From Acidobacteriota bacterium (GTDB lineage: Bacteria > Acidobacteriota > Vicinamibacteria > Vicinamibacterales > 2-12-FULL-66-21): 36,526 nt of DNA. Positions 19,334 through 28,947 of this stretch are shown in pieces. The stretch's first letter is position 1. Each line of letters starts with the position of its first letter. The notes beneath the pieces are model-generated. The model saw only the letters and a program-made list of their open reading frames with translations, was not told the origin of the DNA and did no database searches. The stretch is from NCBI GenBank assembly GCA_013694845.1, contig JACDBQ010000315.1, positions 1 through 36,526 on the forward strand, written 5' to 3'. Position numbers and translations under genes: made by a program.

Positions 19334-21057
19334 AGGGTCTCGGTGTGTCGGCCGGGGTGGGTGTCGGAACCGCCGTCGTCCTGCACCGGGCGAGCGGTGA
19401 CCTCGGGTTCAGCGTGCCGGCCCGGCGCGTGCCCCGCGAGATCGAGCGTCTGCAGGCGGCGCGGACCGCGGCGCGTGAGCAGATCAGCCACATCAAGGAC
19501 CGGATCGCGAGCAGCGCCGGCGCCGAGCACGCCTACCTGTTCGATGCCCAGTTGCTGATGCTCGATGACCGGATGCTGATCGATCGCGCAATCGAGATCA
19601 TCCGCAACCATCTCGTCAACGCGGAGACCGCCCTGCAGCGCACGCTCGAAGAGATTTCCGCGCTGTTCGACAAAGGGGATGATCCGTATCTGCGCGAAAG
19701 ACGTGGCGACGTGTCGGACGTCGTGGGCCGACTGAGCGGCAATCTCCGCGCGGGTGGGGATCCGCTGGCCTTCGTTCGAGAGCTTGAGGGGCCGCTGGTG
19801 CTGGTCGCGGACGAGTTGACGCCGTCGATCATCGCCCAGCTCGACTGGCATCGCCTCGCCGCGCTGGTGAGCGACGAAGGCAGCTGGACGTACCACACCG
19901 CGATCCTTGCACGCTCGATCCGGATCCCGGCGGTTGCCGGCCTGCGCAATGCCAGCGCGGTGATCGCGCCGGGGGCGCTCGTGGCTGTCGACGGGACCAC
20001 CGGGGAAGTCATCGTGGGCCCGGACGAGGCCACCATTGCAGAGATCCGCGCGCGTGGCCGGCAGCGCGCCCAGTTCGAAGAGTCGCTCGATGAGTTCCGC
20101 CGACTGCCTGGCGTAACGGCTGACGGCGTGGCGATCCGTCTGGAGGCCAACATCGAGTCCCCCGACGACGCACCACGCGCGCACGAACGGGGCGCGGACG
20201 GGATCGGGCTGTTCCGCTCGGAGTTCCTGCTGGCCGCCGGCGGTCAGGCGGCGCTGGCCGAAGAAGCGCAGTACCTGGCCTATCGCCAGTTGGTCACCGG
20301 CGCCGCGCCGGCAGCAGTGACGATCCGCACGTTCGACGTCAGCCAGGCGCAGATGCCGATCGAGCAGGTCGGGTTCGACGGATCCCGCTCACCGCTCGGC
20401 CTGCGCGGAATCCGCCTCAGCCTGGCCATGGACGACATCTTCCAGGCCCAGCTGCGCGCGCTGCTCCGCGCCGCGAGTCACGGGTCCATGCGAATCATGT
20501 TCCCCTTCGTGTCGAGCGTCGAGGAGCTGCGGGCGGCGCGCGAGGCGGTGGCGCGCGCGGCGGCCTCCTTGCGCGCACGCGGCATCGACGTGCCACGCGT
20601 GCCAACGGGGGTGATGATCGAGGTGCCGTCCGCGGCGATCACCGCGGACCTGCTCGCCGCGGAAGCGGACTTCTTTGCCATCGGAACCAATGACCTGATC
20701 CAGTACTGCCTGGCGGTCGATCGCACGGACGACCGCGTCTCACGCCTGTACGAACCCCTGCATCCGGCGATCCTGCGGATGCTGCGCAACGTGGCTCGAG
20801 CCGGAAGGCGCAGGCACATCCGTGTGTCGGTCTGCGGCGAGATGGCCGCGGATCCGGTGCTGTTGACGCTGCTGGTCGGCCTCGGGGTCACTGAATTCAG
20901 TATGTCGCCCACGGCCATTCCCCTGGCAAAACAGGTGCTTCGAGACCTGAACGCCGCCGACGTGACTCGCGTGGCCGCGCGAGCCCTCCGCGCCGCTACC
21001 GCCGCCGACGTGGAAAAGGAACTGACGACTTTTCTTGCGCCGCAGCCCGTGAAATAA
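19324..21057 (+). CDS. ptsI: phosphoenolpyruvate-protein phosphotransferase (PTS Enzyme I)
   Basis: 577 aa from ATG 19324 (10-nt overlap with ptsH). MRLKGLGVSAGVGVGTAV opens the protein, the phospho-His region is SWTYHTAILARSIRIPAV, and the C-terminal PEP-utilising domain shows IGTNDLIQY and SVCGEMA. Confidence 0.93.
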   Translation: MRLKGLGVSAGVGVGTAVVLHRASGDLGFSVPARRVPREIERLQAARTAAREQISHIKDRIASSAGAEHAYLFDAQLLMLDDRMLIDRAIEIIRNHLVNAETALQRTLEEISALFDKGDDPYLRERRGDVSDVVGRLSGNLRAGGDPLAFVRELEGPLVLVADELTPSIIAQLDWHRLAALVSDEGSWTYHTAILARSIRIPAVAGLRNASAVIAPGALVAVDGTTGEVIVGPDEATIAEIRARGRQRAQFEESLDEFRRLPGVTADGVAIRLEANIESPDDAPRAHERGADGIGLFRSEFLLAAGGQAALAEEAQYLAYRQLVTGAAPAAVTIRTFDVSQAQMPIEQVGFDGSRSPLGLRGIRLSLAMDDIFQAQLRALLRAASHGSMRIMFPFVSSVEELRAAREAVARAAASLRARGIDVPRVPTGVMIEVPSAAITADLLAAEADFFAIGTNDLIQYCLAVDRTDDRVSRLYEPLHPAILRMLRNVARAGRRRHIRVSVCGEMAADPVLLTLLVGLGVTEFSMSPTAIPLAKQVLRDLNAADVTRVAARALRAATAADVEKELTTFLAPQPVK

Positions 21058-21088
21058 CGCGAGGCTGTGATGATGGAAGAATCTGCAC

Positions 21089-21439
21089 ATGCATGAACCC
21101 ACACGCGTAGACAAACCCTGGGGATACGAGCTGCACTGGGCGAAAACCGACCGATACGTCGGGAAGCTCATTCACATCAACGCCGGGCACGCCCTCAGCC
21201 TGCAGTATCACAACCAGAAAGACGAGACGATCTTTCTCTGGTCCGGGCGCATGCTGTTTGAAATCAAGGAAGGGGATGAGCTGGTGAAGCGCGAGATGAA
21301 GCCCGGAGATGCGGTGCACGTCACGCCACCGACGGTCCATCGCATGACCGCCATCGAGGACTGCGACGTCTTCGAGGTGTCGACACCCGAGCTCCTCGAC
21401 GTCGTCCGCCTCGAGGATCGGTACGGACGTTCAACGTAA
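21089..21439 (+). CDS. cupin-domain protein (type II phosphomannose-isomerase C-terminal-like)
   Basis: 116 aa with [24 protein letters not shown] and [18 protein letters not shown], a pattern characteristic of small cupins. Confidence 0.8.
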   Translation: MHEPTRVDKPWGYELHWAKTDRYVGKLIHINAGHALSLQYHNQKDETIFLWSGRMLFEIKEGDELVKREMKPGDAVHVTPPTVHRMTAIEDCDVFEVSTPELLDVVRLEDRYGRST

Positions 21440-21501
21440 TTGCGTACACCGCCGCGTTGGGATGCGGCAGAAACTGCACGACTCACCGCCGATCTTCGTC
21501 G

Positions 21502-21530
21502 TTGACGCGAGAATTCGAGCGCGTGAAAAT
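21502..21530 (+). promoter_or_regulatory. candidate sigma-70 promoter for ssb
   Basis: TTGACG (21502-21507), a 17-nt spacer, then GAAAAT (21525-21530). An SD-like GAAAGGA lies about 9 nt upstream of ATG 21591. Confidence 0.35.
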
Positions 21531-21590
21531 GGCGGCACATTTGTAACGGACCTGCTTGAAGGCGAGCGGGCATACGAAAGGACAGCTGGA

Positions 21591-22031
21591 ATGGGCAGTG
21601 TGAACAAGGTCATCCTGGTCGGCAACCTCGGACGCGATGCGGAGCTCCGCTACACGCCGGGAGGCGCGGCGGTGGCAACCCTGAACATGGCGACGACTGA
21701 GGTGTGGAACGACAAAGGGGGCCAGAAGCAGGAAAAGACCGAATGGCATCGCATCGTGCTCTGGGGCAAGACCGCCGAGAGCCTCAACGAGTACCTGACC
21801 AAGGGGAAACAGATCTACGTCGAAGGGCGGCTTCAGACCCGTCAGTGGGACGACAAGGACGGCAACAAGCGCTACACGACCGAGATCCGCGGTGATCGTG
21901 TGGTGCTGCTGGGTAGTGGAGGCGGGGGCGGCGGCCGCCAGATGGCCCGCACGGCGACCGGCGGCGCCCAGATGGAAGACCCGATGGGGGAGCCCGTCAC
22001 CGAACTGAGCGACGACGACATTCCTTTTTAG
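21591..22031 (+). CDS. ssb: single-stranded DNA-binding protein
   Basis: 146 aa from ATG 21591. [22 protein letters not shown] opens the OB fold, followed by a Gly-rich tail and the acidic tip DDDIPF. Confidence 0.95.
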   Translation: MGSVNKVILVGNLGRDAELRYTPGGAAVATLNMATTEVWNDKGGQKQEKTEWHRIVLWGKTAESLNEYLTKGKQIYVEGRLQTRQWDDKDGNKRYTTEIRGDRVVLLGSGGGGGGRQMARTATGGAQMEDPMGEPVTELSDDDIPF

Positions 22032-22034
22032 AGC

Positions 22035-22109
22035 GCTGGGTGCTAAGTCCTCGTGCTGGTCTACTGTGCGGAATGCACTCAGCACTCAGCACTCAGCACC
22101 GAGCAACCT
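22035..22109. repeat. inverted, partly degenerate arrays of 7-nt repeats (GCTGAGT-like / GCACTCA x3+)
   Basis: 22068-22109 reads GCGGAAT|GCACTCA|GCACTCA|GCACTCA|GCACCGA|GCAACCT and 22035-22067 reads GCTGGGT|GCTAAGT|CCTCGT|GCTGGTC|TACTGT. Segment 22035-22048 is complementary to 22091-22104 at 12/14 positions. The element fills the convergent ssb/cpoB spacer. Confidence 0.8.
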
Positions 22110-22935
22110 ACTTCTTGTTGAGACTGTCCAGCCTCTGCTTCGCGAGCTGCGCCGGTCCTACGTCGTTGGGGTAGCTCTTGATCAGGGTCTCGTACGCGCG
22201 GCGCGCCAGTTCTACCTGTTTCAACGCCTCGTAGCTCTGCCCCAGTTTGTAGTAGGCCTGCGCCGCACTGTCGCTCTGCGGGTACTCGCTGATCACTCGC
22301 TGCAGGGCGACGACCGCTTCCTTGAAGCTGCCCATGGCGAAGTACGAGTTACCGATGTTCAACTGTGCGTCATCGGCCCGCGGTGACGTGGGGAAGGACT
22401 TGATGTAGAACTCGAAGCCCGCGATCGCCAGATCGTACTGCCCCCCGGTGTAATCGTTGAACGCGGCGTCGTAGGCTTTCTGGGGGGAGACGCTGCTACT
22501 GCCAGTCGGGGTCGAGGGGAGGTTCCCGGAGGGCGGCTGGGTCGGGTCACCGGGTGCCGGAGGTACGCCGACGGATGGCGCCGGCATCGATTGCATCGCC
22601 GCGCGCATCGACTCCATCTCCTGGGTCATCGTCGACAGGCGGACGTTGGTGTCGTCTGCCTTTTCGCGAAGGATGCGCACCCCTTCGGCGATATTGTCAG
22701 CCACCAGCCTCTGGTCGGCGAATCCCTTCCGCATCGAGCCGGTCTGTTCGTCGATTTTCGCGGTCATCGTCCTCAGCGTGTCAGCGAGCCCGCGGAGCAT
22801 CTGCTGGAGCTGGGCCTGCTGCTCCTGCAACATGCGGATCTCCGCCATCAGCTGCTGGTGGGTTTTGTCCGCGGCGGCCGCCGGTGTCGCGGCCAGCAGC
22901 GCCGCGGTGATGACGACGAGTGCCCTGAGCTTCAT
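22108..22935 (-). CDS. cpoB: Tol-Pal system protein CpoB/YbgF (coiled coil plus TPR)
   Basis: 275 aa from ATG 22935, chosen because GGAG lies upstream and the signal peptide MKLRALVVITAALLAATPAAAA follows. A Q-rich coiled coil is followed by C-terminal TPR-like repeats (YDLAIAGFEFYIKSFPTSPRADDAQLNIGNSYF...). The gene sits downstream of pal. Confidence 0.88.
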   Translation of the reverse strand: MKLRALVVITAALLAATPAAAADKTHQQLMAEIRMLQEQQAQLQQMLRGLADTLRTMTAKIDEQTGSMRKGFADQRLVADNIAEGVRILREKADDTNVRLSTMTQEMESMRAAMQSMPAPSVGVPPAPGDPTQPPSGNLPSTPTGSSSVSPQKAYDAAFNDYTGGQYDLAIAGFEFYIKSFPTSPRADDAQLNIGNSYFAMGSFKEAVVALQRVISEYPQSDSAAQAYYKLGQSYEALKQVELARRAYETLIKSYPNDVGPAQLAKQRLDSLNKK

Positions 22936-22989
22936 TGAATATCTCCGGTGCCGGTCGGCCCCCACGATCGGGCGGTCAGCCTTGCCAAA

Positions 22990-23562
22990 CTACTTGCTCG
23001 TGACCACAAAGTGGGCGCGGCGGTTCTTCGAGAACGCTTCCTCGGTCCGCGCGGGGTCGAACGGGAATTCCTTGCCGTAACTCACGGTACGCAGGCGATC
23101 GGCCGGGATGCCGAGCGACACCAGGTAGTTCCGTGCAGCGAGTCCACGACGTTCGCCGAGCGCCAGGTTGTACTCCGCCGTGCCCCGCTCGTCGGCGTGA
23201 CCCTCGATCGTGATCACCCACGTCGCGTACTTCTTCATGATCTCGGCGTTGGCGTTGAGCACCTGCTGCCCCTCCGGGCTCACTTCCGATTGATCGTACC
23301 CGAAGAAGAGCGGCTGGAAGGGAGAGTTCTTGTTGATGTCGTCCAGGTCGCGAGTGTTCAGGGCGTCCGCGCCGGATGGTTCGACCGGAACCGGCTGAGG
23401 TTCGTTGACCGGTGTCGGGGGCGTGGGCGGACGATTAGATGTCGACGAGTCCACCGGCGGCGGGGTCGTCGTCCGGGCCACCGGTGGCTTCTTCTTCGCG
23501 CACGCGGCCCCGGCTGTCATCCCCACGATTGCCAGAATCGCCGCCGCTTGTCTTATCTGCAT
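22990..23562 (-). CDS. pal: peptidoglycan-associated lipoprotein Pal (OmpA family)
   Basis: 190 aa. A signal sequence leads to Cys21 (GMTAGAAC), then a Pro/Thr linker and an OmpA-like domain (IEGHADERGTAEYNLALGERR). Confidence 0.93.
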   Translation of the reverse strand: MQIRQAAAILAIVGMTAGAACAKKKPPVARTTTPPPVDSSTSNRPPTPPTPVNEPQPVPVEPSGADALNTRDLDDINKNSPFQPLFFGYDQSEVSPEGQQVLNANAEIMKKYATWVITIEGHADERGTAEYNLALGERRGLAARNYLVSLGIPADRLRTVSYGKEFPFDPARTEEAFSKNRRAHFVVTSK

Positions 23563-23608
23563 GCTGCTCTCCGCTGTTTTCGAGTATCGACACTGTCTCT
23601 CAACTCAC

Positions 23609-23629
23609 CGCACGTCGCACGTCGCACGT
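23609..23629. repeat. 7-nt tandem repeat CGCACGT x3 in the tolB-pal spacer
   Basis: Exact copies lie at 23609, 23616 and 23623. On the coding (minus) strand the unit reads GACGTGC x3, directly after the tolB stop. Confidence 0.85.
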
Positions 23630-23632
23630 CTT

Positions 23633-25009
23633 TCAATTCGACCAGTTCGGGAAGCGGTTGTCGCCCACCTTGGTGATCTGCCGCAGGTCATTCCCATCGC
23701 GCGCGATCGTGAAGATCTGGTTTTTGCCGGCGCGTGACGAGACGAACGCGATATGGCGCCCATTCGGCGAAAAGGCAGGACTCTCATTGCTGCCTTCGCC
23801 GTTGGTTATGGACTTCACACTCCGGGTGGCGAAGTCGAAAATCCTGATGTCGTAGCCGCCGCCGGCCTGCGACGCGTAGGCGATCACGTTGAACGGAGCA
23901 GGGGACCAGGTCGGCCGGTCGCACCACGTCTCGCGGGTGATCTGCTGCTGCCCGGAGCCGTCGGCATTCATGATCCAGATCTGCGGTCGACCCGCGCGGT
24001 TCGAGGTGAAGGCGATCTGGTTGCCGGTGGGCGACCAGGTCGGCGTCACGTCGTTCTCCGGGTGGTTCGTGAGCCGGCGAAGTCCGCTGCCGTCCCGGTT
24101 CACCACGTAGATCTCCGGGTTGCCGTCACGCGGCGACATGAACGCCAGCTTCGTGCCGTCGGGTGACCAGGCGGGCAGGAAATTGTGCTGCGTCGGGGTG
24201 CCTCTGGCTGGACGGCTCGGATTGCCACCTCCGTAGACGTTGGCGACGAGGATGTCCGGGTAGCCCGTGCGGTAGGTGGTATACGCGATTGCCTTGGCAT
24301 CAGGCGACCAGGCCGGCGTGATGTCGAGCGAAGCCGTGATCGTGACGCGCAACTGTCTGGCGCCATCGTAATCCGACATGTAAATGTTCTGGATGTCGCG
24401 CGAGGCCACCGGGCCTTTCAGCCGCTCCCCATCGCGGTCGGACGTGAACGCCAGTTTCGTCCGGGCAACCCCACGGAGCGCGCGCTGCTGCATGTGGATC
24501 TCGTCCGACACCGTGTGCGCGAAGAAGCGCGGGTTGTTGGCTGGGCCGTTATAGCCACGCGCGAACGCGGACCGCCCGCTGGCGACTTCGACCAGGCGGA
24601 CCTCCACCGAGAGCTCAGTGCCCGTGCGACGCACGGAGCCGACGACGACACCGTCTGCGCCGAGCTCCTTCCAGCGAGAGACCTCGACCCGATCGAGCGA
24701 GAGCGGCTGGGGGATGCTCCGGTAGGTGTCGCGGGAGATCAGGTAGAACTCGCGCTCGAAGCTGAGATCGTCCCAGAGCACCTGCCCCAGGAGTTTGGCC
24801 GCCGCGACGGTCTCCGGATCGGTAGTGAGGGCGATGAAGTCCGGCACGGCCAGCTTCGGCGGCAGCCCCGGCGCCCCGGTCAGCCGGGTCACTACCTCTG
24901 TTTGTGACTGCTGCTGCGGGGCTGCCGGCGGTGGCTGCGGGGGATTCTGGGCGACGAGCACGGCCGCCGTCGCAGTCGTGAGAAGCGTTGCAAGGATTGT
25001 CTTGGTCAT
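23633..25009 (-). CDS. tolB: Tol-Pal system beta-propeller protein TolB
   Basis: 458 aa with a signal peptide, the TolB N-domain and repeated WSPDG/PxWSP blades (PAWSPDAKAIAY, PAWSPDGTKLAF, PTWSPTGNQIAF, PAFSPNGRHIAF). Confidence 0.95.
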   Translation of the reverse strand: MTKTILATLLTTATAAVLVAQNPPQPPPAAPQQQSQTEVVTRLTGAPGLPPKLAVPDFIALTTDPETVAAAKLLGQVLWDDLSFEREFYLISRDTYRSIPQPLSLDRVEVSRWKELGADGVVVGSVRRTGTELSVEVRLVEVASGRSAFARGYNGPANNPRFFAHTVSDEIHMQQRALRGVARTKLAFTSDRDGERLKGPVASRDIQNIYMSDYDGARQLRVTITASLDITPAWSPDAKAIAYTTYRTGYPDILVANVYGGGNPSRPARGTPTQHNFLPAWSPDGTKLAFMSPRDGNPEIYVVNRDGSGLRRLTNHPENDVTPTWSPTGNQIAFTSNRAGRPQIWIMNADGSGQQQITRETWCDRPTWSPAPFNVIAYASQAGGGYDIRIFDFATRSVKSITNGEGSNESPAFSPNGRHIAFVSSRAGKNQIFTIARDGNDLRQITKVGDNRFPNWSN

Positions 25010-25794
25010 CAGCGGGAATACTCAAATATCAGGTGGATTGTCAGCGTGTCGCCCATGAATTCGCGGGGCAGCGGAGTGACCTGCTTCGTCACCTGAAGCG
25101 CACGCTGCGACGTGATGTCCAGCAGCTGGCCGCCGCTCTGTTCGACCTCGATGCCGTCGATCCGGCCATCGCGATGGACTACGAATTTGACGGTGTTCTG
25201 GCCCGTCACCCCCTGCCCCTGGTTCCAGTTACGTTTGATCGTGCTGACGACCGTCGCCAGGTACGAGGGGCAGCAGAAATTTGCAACGTCCACGCGCGCC
25301 CCCCCCGTGCCCCCGCCTCCGGTCGTCAGACCGCCAAACGGGACCTGCGCGCCGGTCGTTTCCGCCCTGGCCGCGCCCGATTTGATCTCGGCGCCGCTCG
25401 TGGGTTTCTGCGACGACGAACTCTCACGAGGCTTCTCGATCGGCTTGGCCGGAGGCTTGGGTGCAGGCTTGATGACCGCGCTCGGCGCCACCATCTCCGG
25501 GGGCTTCTCTGCCGGGGGAGCCGGCCGGGCCGGCTTTTCCTCGGGCTCCGACACGCGCTGAACCGGCCTCGCCGCGATGGTCGTCATGCCACCGGCATCC
25601 GGTCCCTCGGCTCCGCCGAGGCTGATCATCATCGGCGTCGATTTGCTCTCCGCAGCGGTCGTCCAGAAAGCAGGGGCATACAGCATCGACGCCACGAGCA
25701 GCGCATGCCCGGCGAGCGAGAGCACCACCATCCGGCTCATGCCGTCGGTGAGTTGCGCGCGTTCGCTCAGAATGTCGCTGATGGCTTCTCTCAT
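25009..25794 (-). CDS. tolA: TolA-like energy transducer with a TonB-type C-terminal domain
   Basis: 261 aa with an N-terminal TM anchor, a Pro/Lys/Ala-rich periplasmic linker (PAPPAEKPPEMVAPSAVIKPAPKPPAKP) and a TonB_C-like end. It lies between tolR and tolB. The symbol is assigned by synteny only. Confidence 0.72.
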   Translation of the reverse strand: MREAISDILSERAQLTDGMSRMVVLSLAGHALLVASMLYAPAFWTTAAESKSTPMMISLGGAEGPDAGGMTTIAARPVQRVSEPEEKPARPAPPAEKPPEMVAPSAVIKPAPKPPAKPIEKPRESSSSQKPTSGAEIKSGAARAETTGAQVPFGGLTTGGGGTGGARVDVANFCCPSYLATVVSTIKRNWNQGQGVTGQNTVKFVVHRDGRIDGIEVEQSGGQLLDITSQRALQVTKQVTPLPREFMGDTLTIHLIFEYSR

Positions 25795-25810
25795 CGATTG
25801 GGTGACCCGT

Positions 25811-26269
<459 letters not shown>

Positions 26270-26348
26270 TCGTCCAATCAGTCGTTCTCAGCGCCAGCGG
26301 TGCCTGGTGGTGTCCGACCCCCTGCACGGCCGCCCGGTAGCGCGGGGA

Positions 26349-27080
26349 CTACGTGAAGTTCCTCTCCGCAATGTTCAGGAACTCGAGAGAAAAATCATCC
26401 ATCTCGCCGGAGAAGTACTTCACGCGATTCGTGAAGTGGTTATAGAAGTACACGGCGGGGATCGCGGCGAAGAGCCCGGCAGCCGTGGCGATCAGGGCGT
26501 GGGCGATACCCGGCGCCACCACCCCGAGACTCGACGAGCCGGCCACGCCGATGCGCTGGAAGGAATCCATGATTCCCCACACCGTCCCGAACAATCCGAT
26601 GAACGGCGCGATGCTCGCGGTCGTTGCCAGGAAGGGGACACGGTTCTCGAGCCGGTTCATCTCCGCAGTGGTAGCGCGCAGCAACGCGCGGTCGACGGCA
26701 TCCAGGCTCTTCAACGTAGGACGGACGGCCACCTGCGACGGTTTGGCCTCGGGCGTGGTCGGGCCTCGAAGCTGCGTGTTCAGTTCGCCGTAACCCGCCT
26801 GGAAGAGCCCGGTCAACGGACTCTCGGTGAGCGTGCGGCACACCGCGTGGACCTCAGAGAATTTGCTGCTCTTGCGGAACACGTCGAGGAACGTCTTCGT
26901 CTGCCGTTCGGCCCGCGAGAACTGCCAGAACTTGTAGAAGATGACCGACCAGGAGATCAACGAAAAGATCAGGAGGATGACCAGCACGACCTGAGCGATC
27001 GCGCCACCTTCTCCGAGCAGTTTGAAAAAATCGGTTTGAACGTCGCCGGTCCCAGCCGGCTGATCCGCGCCCTGCACCAT
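26349..27080 (-). CDS. tolQ: MotA/TolQ/ExbB proton-channel protein TolQ
   Basis: 243 aa from ATG 27080. Three TM segments are present, with LATTASIAPFIGLFGTVWGIM and AHALIATAAGLFAAIPAV. The upstream in-frame extension to 27242 has no family resemblance. Confidence 0.9.
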   Translation of the reverse strand: MVQGADQPAGTGDVQTDFFKLLGEGGAIAQVVLVILLIFSLISWSVIFYKFWQFSRAERQTKTFLDVFRKSSKFSEVHAVCRTLTESPLTGLFQAGYGELNTQLRGPTTPEAKPSQVAVRPTLKSLDAVDRALLRATTAEMNRLENRVPFLATTASIAPFIGLFGTVWGIMDSFQRIGVAGSSSLGVVAPGIAHALIATAAGLFAAIPAVYFYNHFTNRVKYFSGEMDDFSLEFLNIAERNFT

Positions 27081-27271
27081 CAATGCAAAGGCGGATATAT
27101 CAGGCGTGTGCAAACAGCCCTCCGCAACGAGTCGGGTACATGCCCCGCGACTTTCGACGCCCCGGTTACCCGATCGGCCTGCCACGCCGCTGGGACAGCG
27201 TAGTGAGCACTCAGCGTAACACCGGGCCGCGTGGGCTGTCAAACATCTGATAAGATGGTACTTCTGGTCTC

Positions 27272-28921
27272 ATGCTCCGCTTCCTGCGCATTCAGCACCT
27301 GGCGGTCATCGATCGGCTCGAGCTGGACCTCGAACCCGGCCTCACCGTCCTGACCGGGGAAACCGGCGCAGGCAAGAGCATCCTCGTCGGTGCCGTCGGG
27401 CTGCTGGTGGGCGGCCGTGCTTCGGCCGACCTCGTCCGAACCGGTGAGGAGCACGCCGTCATCGAGGCCATCTTCGAGACCCACGAGCGACGCGAAATCA
27501 TCCTCCGCCGGGAGGTCTCGGCCCAGGGGCGCAGCCGCGCGTTCATCGATGGCGCGCTGGCAACGAGCGCGGCGCTGCGCGAGACGTGCGAAGGCTTGGT
27601 CGACCTTCATGGCCAGCACGAGCATCAGCGGCTGCTCGATCCCTCCTCCCATCTCGCCCTGCTGGACGAATTCGGCGATACGGCTGATCTCCGCATCAGC
27701 ACCGCGTCCGCGTTTGGGTCGTGGCAGAAAGTGCGCGAGGAGCGAGACCGGCTGCTGACGGGTGAGCGTGAGAAAGCCGCGCGGGCCGATTTCATTCGCT
27801 TCCAGCTTGCCGAGATCGACCGCGTCGCCCCGCAACCCGGCGAAGACGACGACCTTGCGGCGACCCGGCTGGTTCTCGCGAACGCCGACAAGCTCCAGCG
27901 CCTCTGCGGCGATGCCTACACCGCGCTCTACGAAGGCGACGACGCCGCTTTGCCCGCACTCGGCGTGGTGTGGCGCAAGGTCGCCGACCTGGCATCGCTC
28001 GACCCGCGCTTCAACCCGTATCTCGAGGCCCGCGATGCGGTGAAGTCGCAGCTCGAGGATCTGGCTTACTTCCTGAGGTCCTATGCCGCCGACATCGACG
28101 CGTCCCCGGCGCGCCTCCAGGAGATAGAGGATCGGCTGGCGGCGCTGGAGCGTCTGAAGAAAAAACACGGGCCGACACTCGCCGGGGTGCTCGACACCGC
28201 GGAGCGGCTGCGGGGGGATCTGGACGAGATCGAGCACGCCACCGAACGCGCCATGGCGCTGGAGGAGACACTCGAGGCCGCGCGCAACGGATTCGTCGCC
28301 ACCGCCGTAACCCTTTCGAAAGCGCGGCGCGAGACGGCGCCGCAGTTCGCGTCGAAACTGGAGCGGGCGCTCGCCGATCTGGCGATGACGCGGACCCGTT
28401 GCGAGGTTCGTCTGACGGACCCCGCGGATGAAACGATGTGGTCGGACCGCGGTCTCGAAAACGGGGAGTTCTTCATCTCGCCGAATCCCGGCGAAGACCT
28501 CCGGCCCCTGGCCCGCATCGTCTCCGGCGGCGAGCTCTCGCGGATCATGCTCGCGCTGAAGACGCTTGCCTCCACCGATGCCCCGGGCAAGACCCTCATC
28601 TTCGACGAAGTCGATGCCGGTATCGGGGGGGCAGTGGCGGACGTCGTCGGCCGCCGGCTGCAGGCGCTGTCGGATCGCTACCAGGTCCTGTGCATCACCC
28701 ACCTGCCCCAGATCGCCGCCTACGGTGCATCGCATTTCCGTATCGCAAAGACCGTCCGCAACGATCGAACGATGACCGACGTAACCAGGCTCGCCGGGCC
28801 GGAACGTGAAGTGGAGATGGCGCGAATGATCGGTGGAGCCGACGTCTCCGCGACGGTCCTCGCGAGTGCGCGCGAGATGCTCGACAGCCGCAGCCCGGTG
28901 ACCAGACGAAAGCGAAAGTAA
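27272..28921 (+). CDS. recN: DNA repair protein RecN
   Basis: 549 aa. The N-terminal Walker A is LTGETGAGKSIL, followed by a long coiled coil, then a C-terminal SGGELSRIMLALK signature and FDEVDAGIGG. Confidence 0.94.
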   Translation: MLRFLRIQHLAVIDRLELDLEPGLTVLTGETGAGKSILVGAVGLLVGGRASADLVRTGEEHAVIEAIFETHERREIILRREVSAQGRSRAFIDGALATSAALRETCEGLVDLHGQHEHQRLLDPSSHLALLDEFGDTADLRISTASAFGSWQKVREERDRLLTGEREKAARADFIRFQLAEIDRVAPQPGEDDDLAATRLVLANADKLQRLCGDAYTALYEGDDAALPALGVVWRKVADLASLDPRFNPYLEARDAVKSQLEDLAYFLRSYAADIDASPARLQEIEDRLAALERLKKKHGPTLAGVLDTAERLRGDLDEIEHATERAMALEETLEAARNGFVATAVTLSKARRETAPQFASKLERALADLAMTRTRCEVRLTDPADETMWSDRGLENGEFFISPNPGEDLRPLARIVSGGELSRIMLALKTLASTDAPGKTLIFDEVDAGIGGAVADVVGRRLQALSDRYQVLCITHLPQIAAYGASHFRIAKTVRNDRTMTDVTRLAGPEREVEMARMIGGADVSATVLASAREMLDSRSPVTRRKRK

Positions 28922-28942
28922 ACAAAAGGCGAAAGCGAAAGT
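28907..28942 (+). repeat. 13-nt direct repeat CGAAAGCGAAAGT x2
   Basis: Copies lie at 28907-28919 (the last recN codons plus the first base of the stop) and at 28930-28942 (just upstream of the miaB TTG start). Confidence 0.8.
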
Positions 28943-28947
28943 CCCAA

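Noticed and set aside
27081-27271. Search for an SOS (LexA) box upstream of recN and, at 21440-21590, upstream of ssb.
   Set aside because: I saw no CTGT-N8-ACAG, GAAC-N4-GTTC or GTTC-N7-GTTC motif on either strand. The lineage-specific LexA motif is unknown to me, so absence cannot be concluded.
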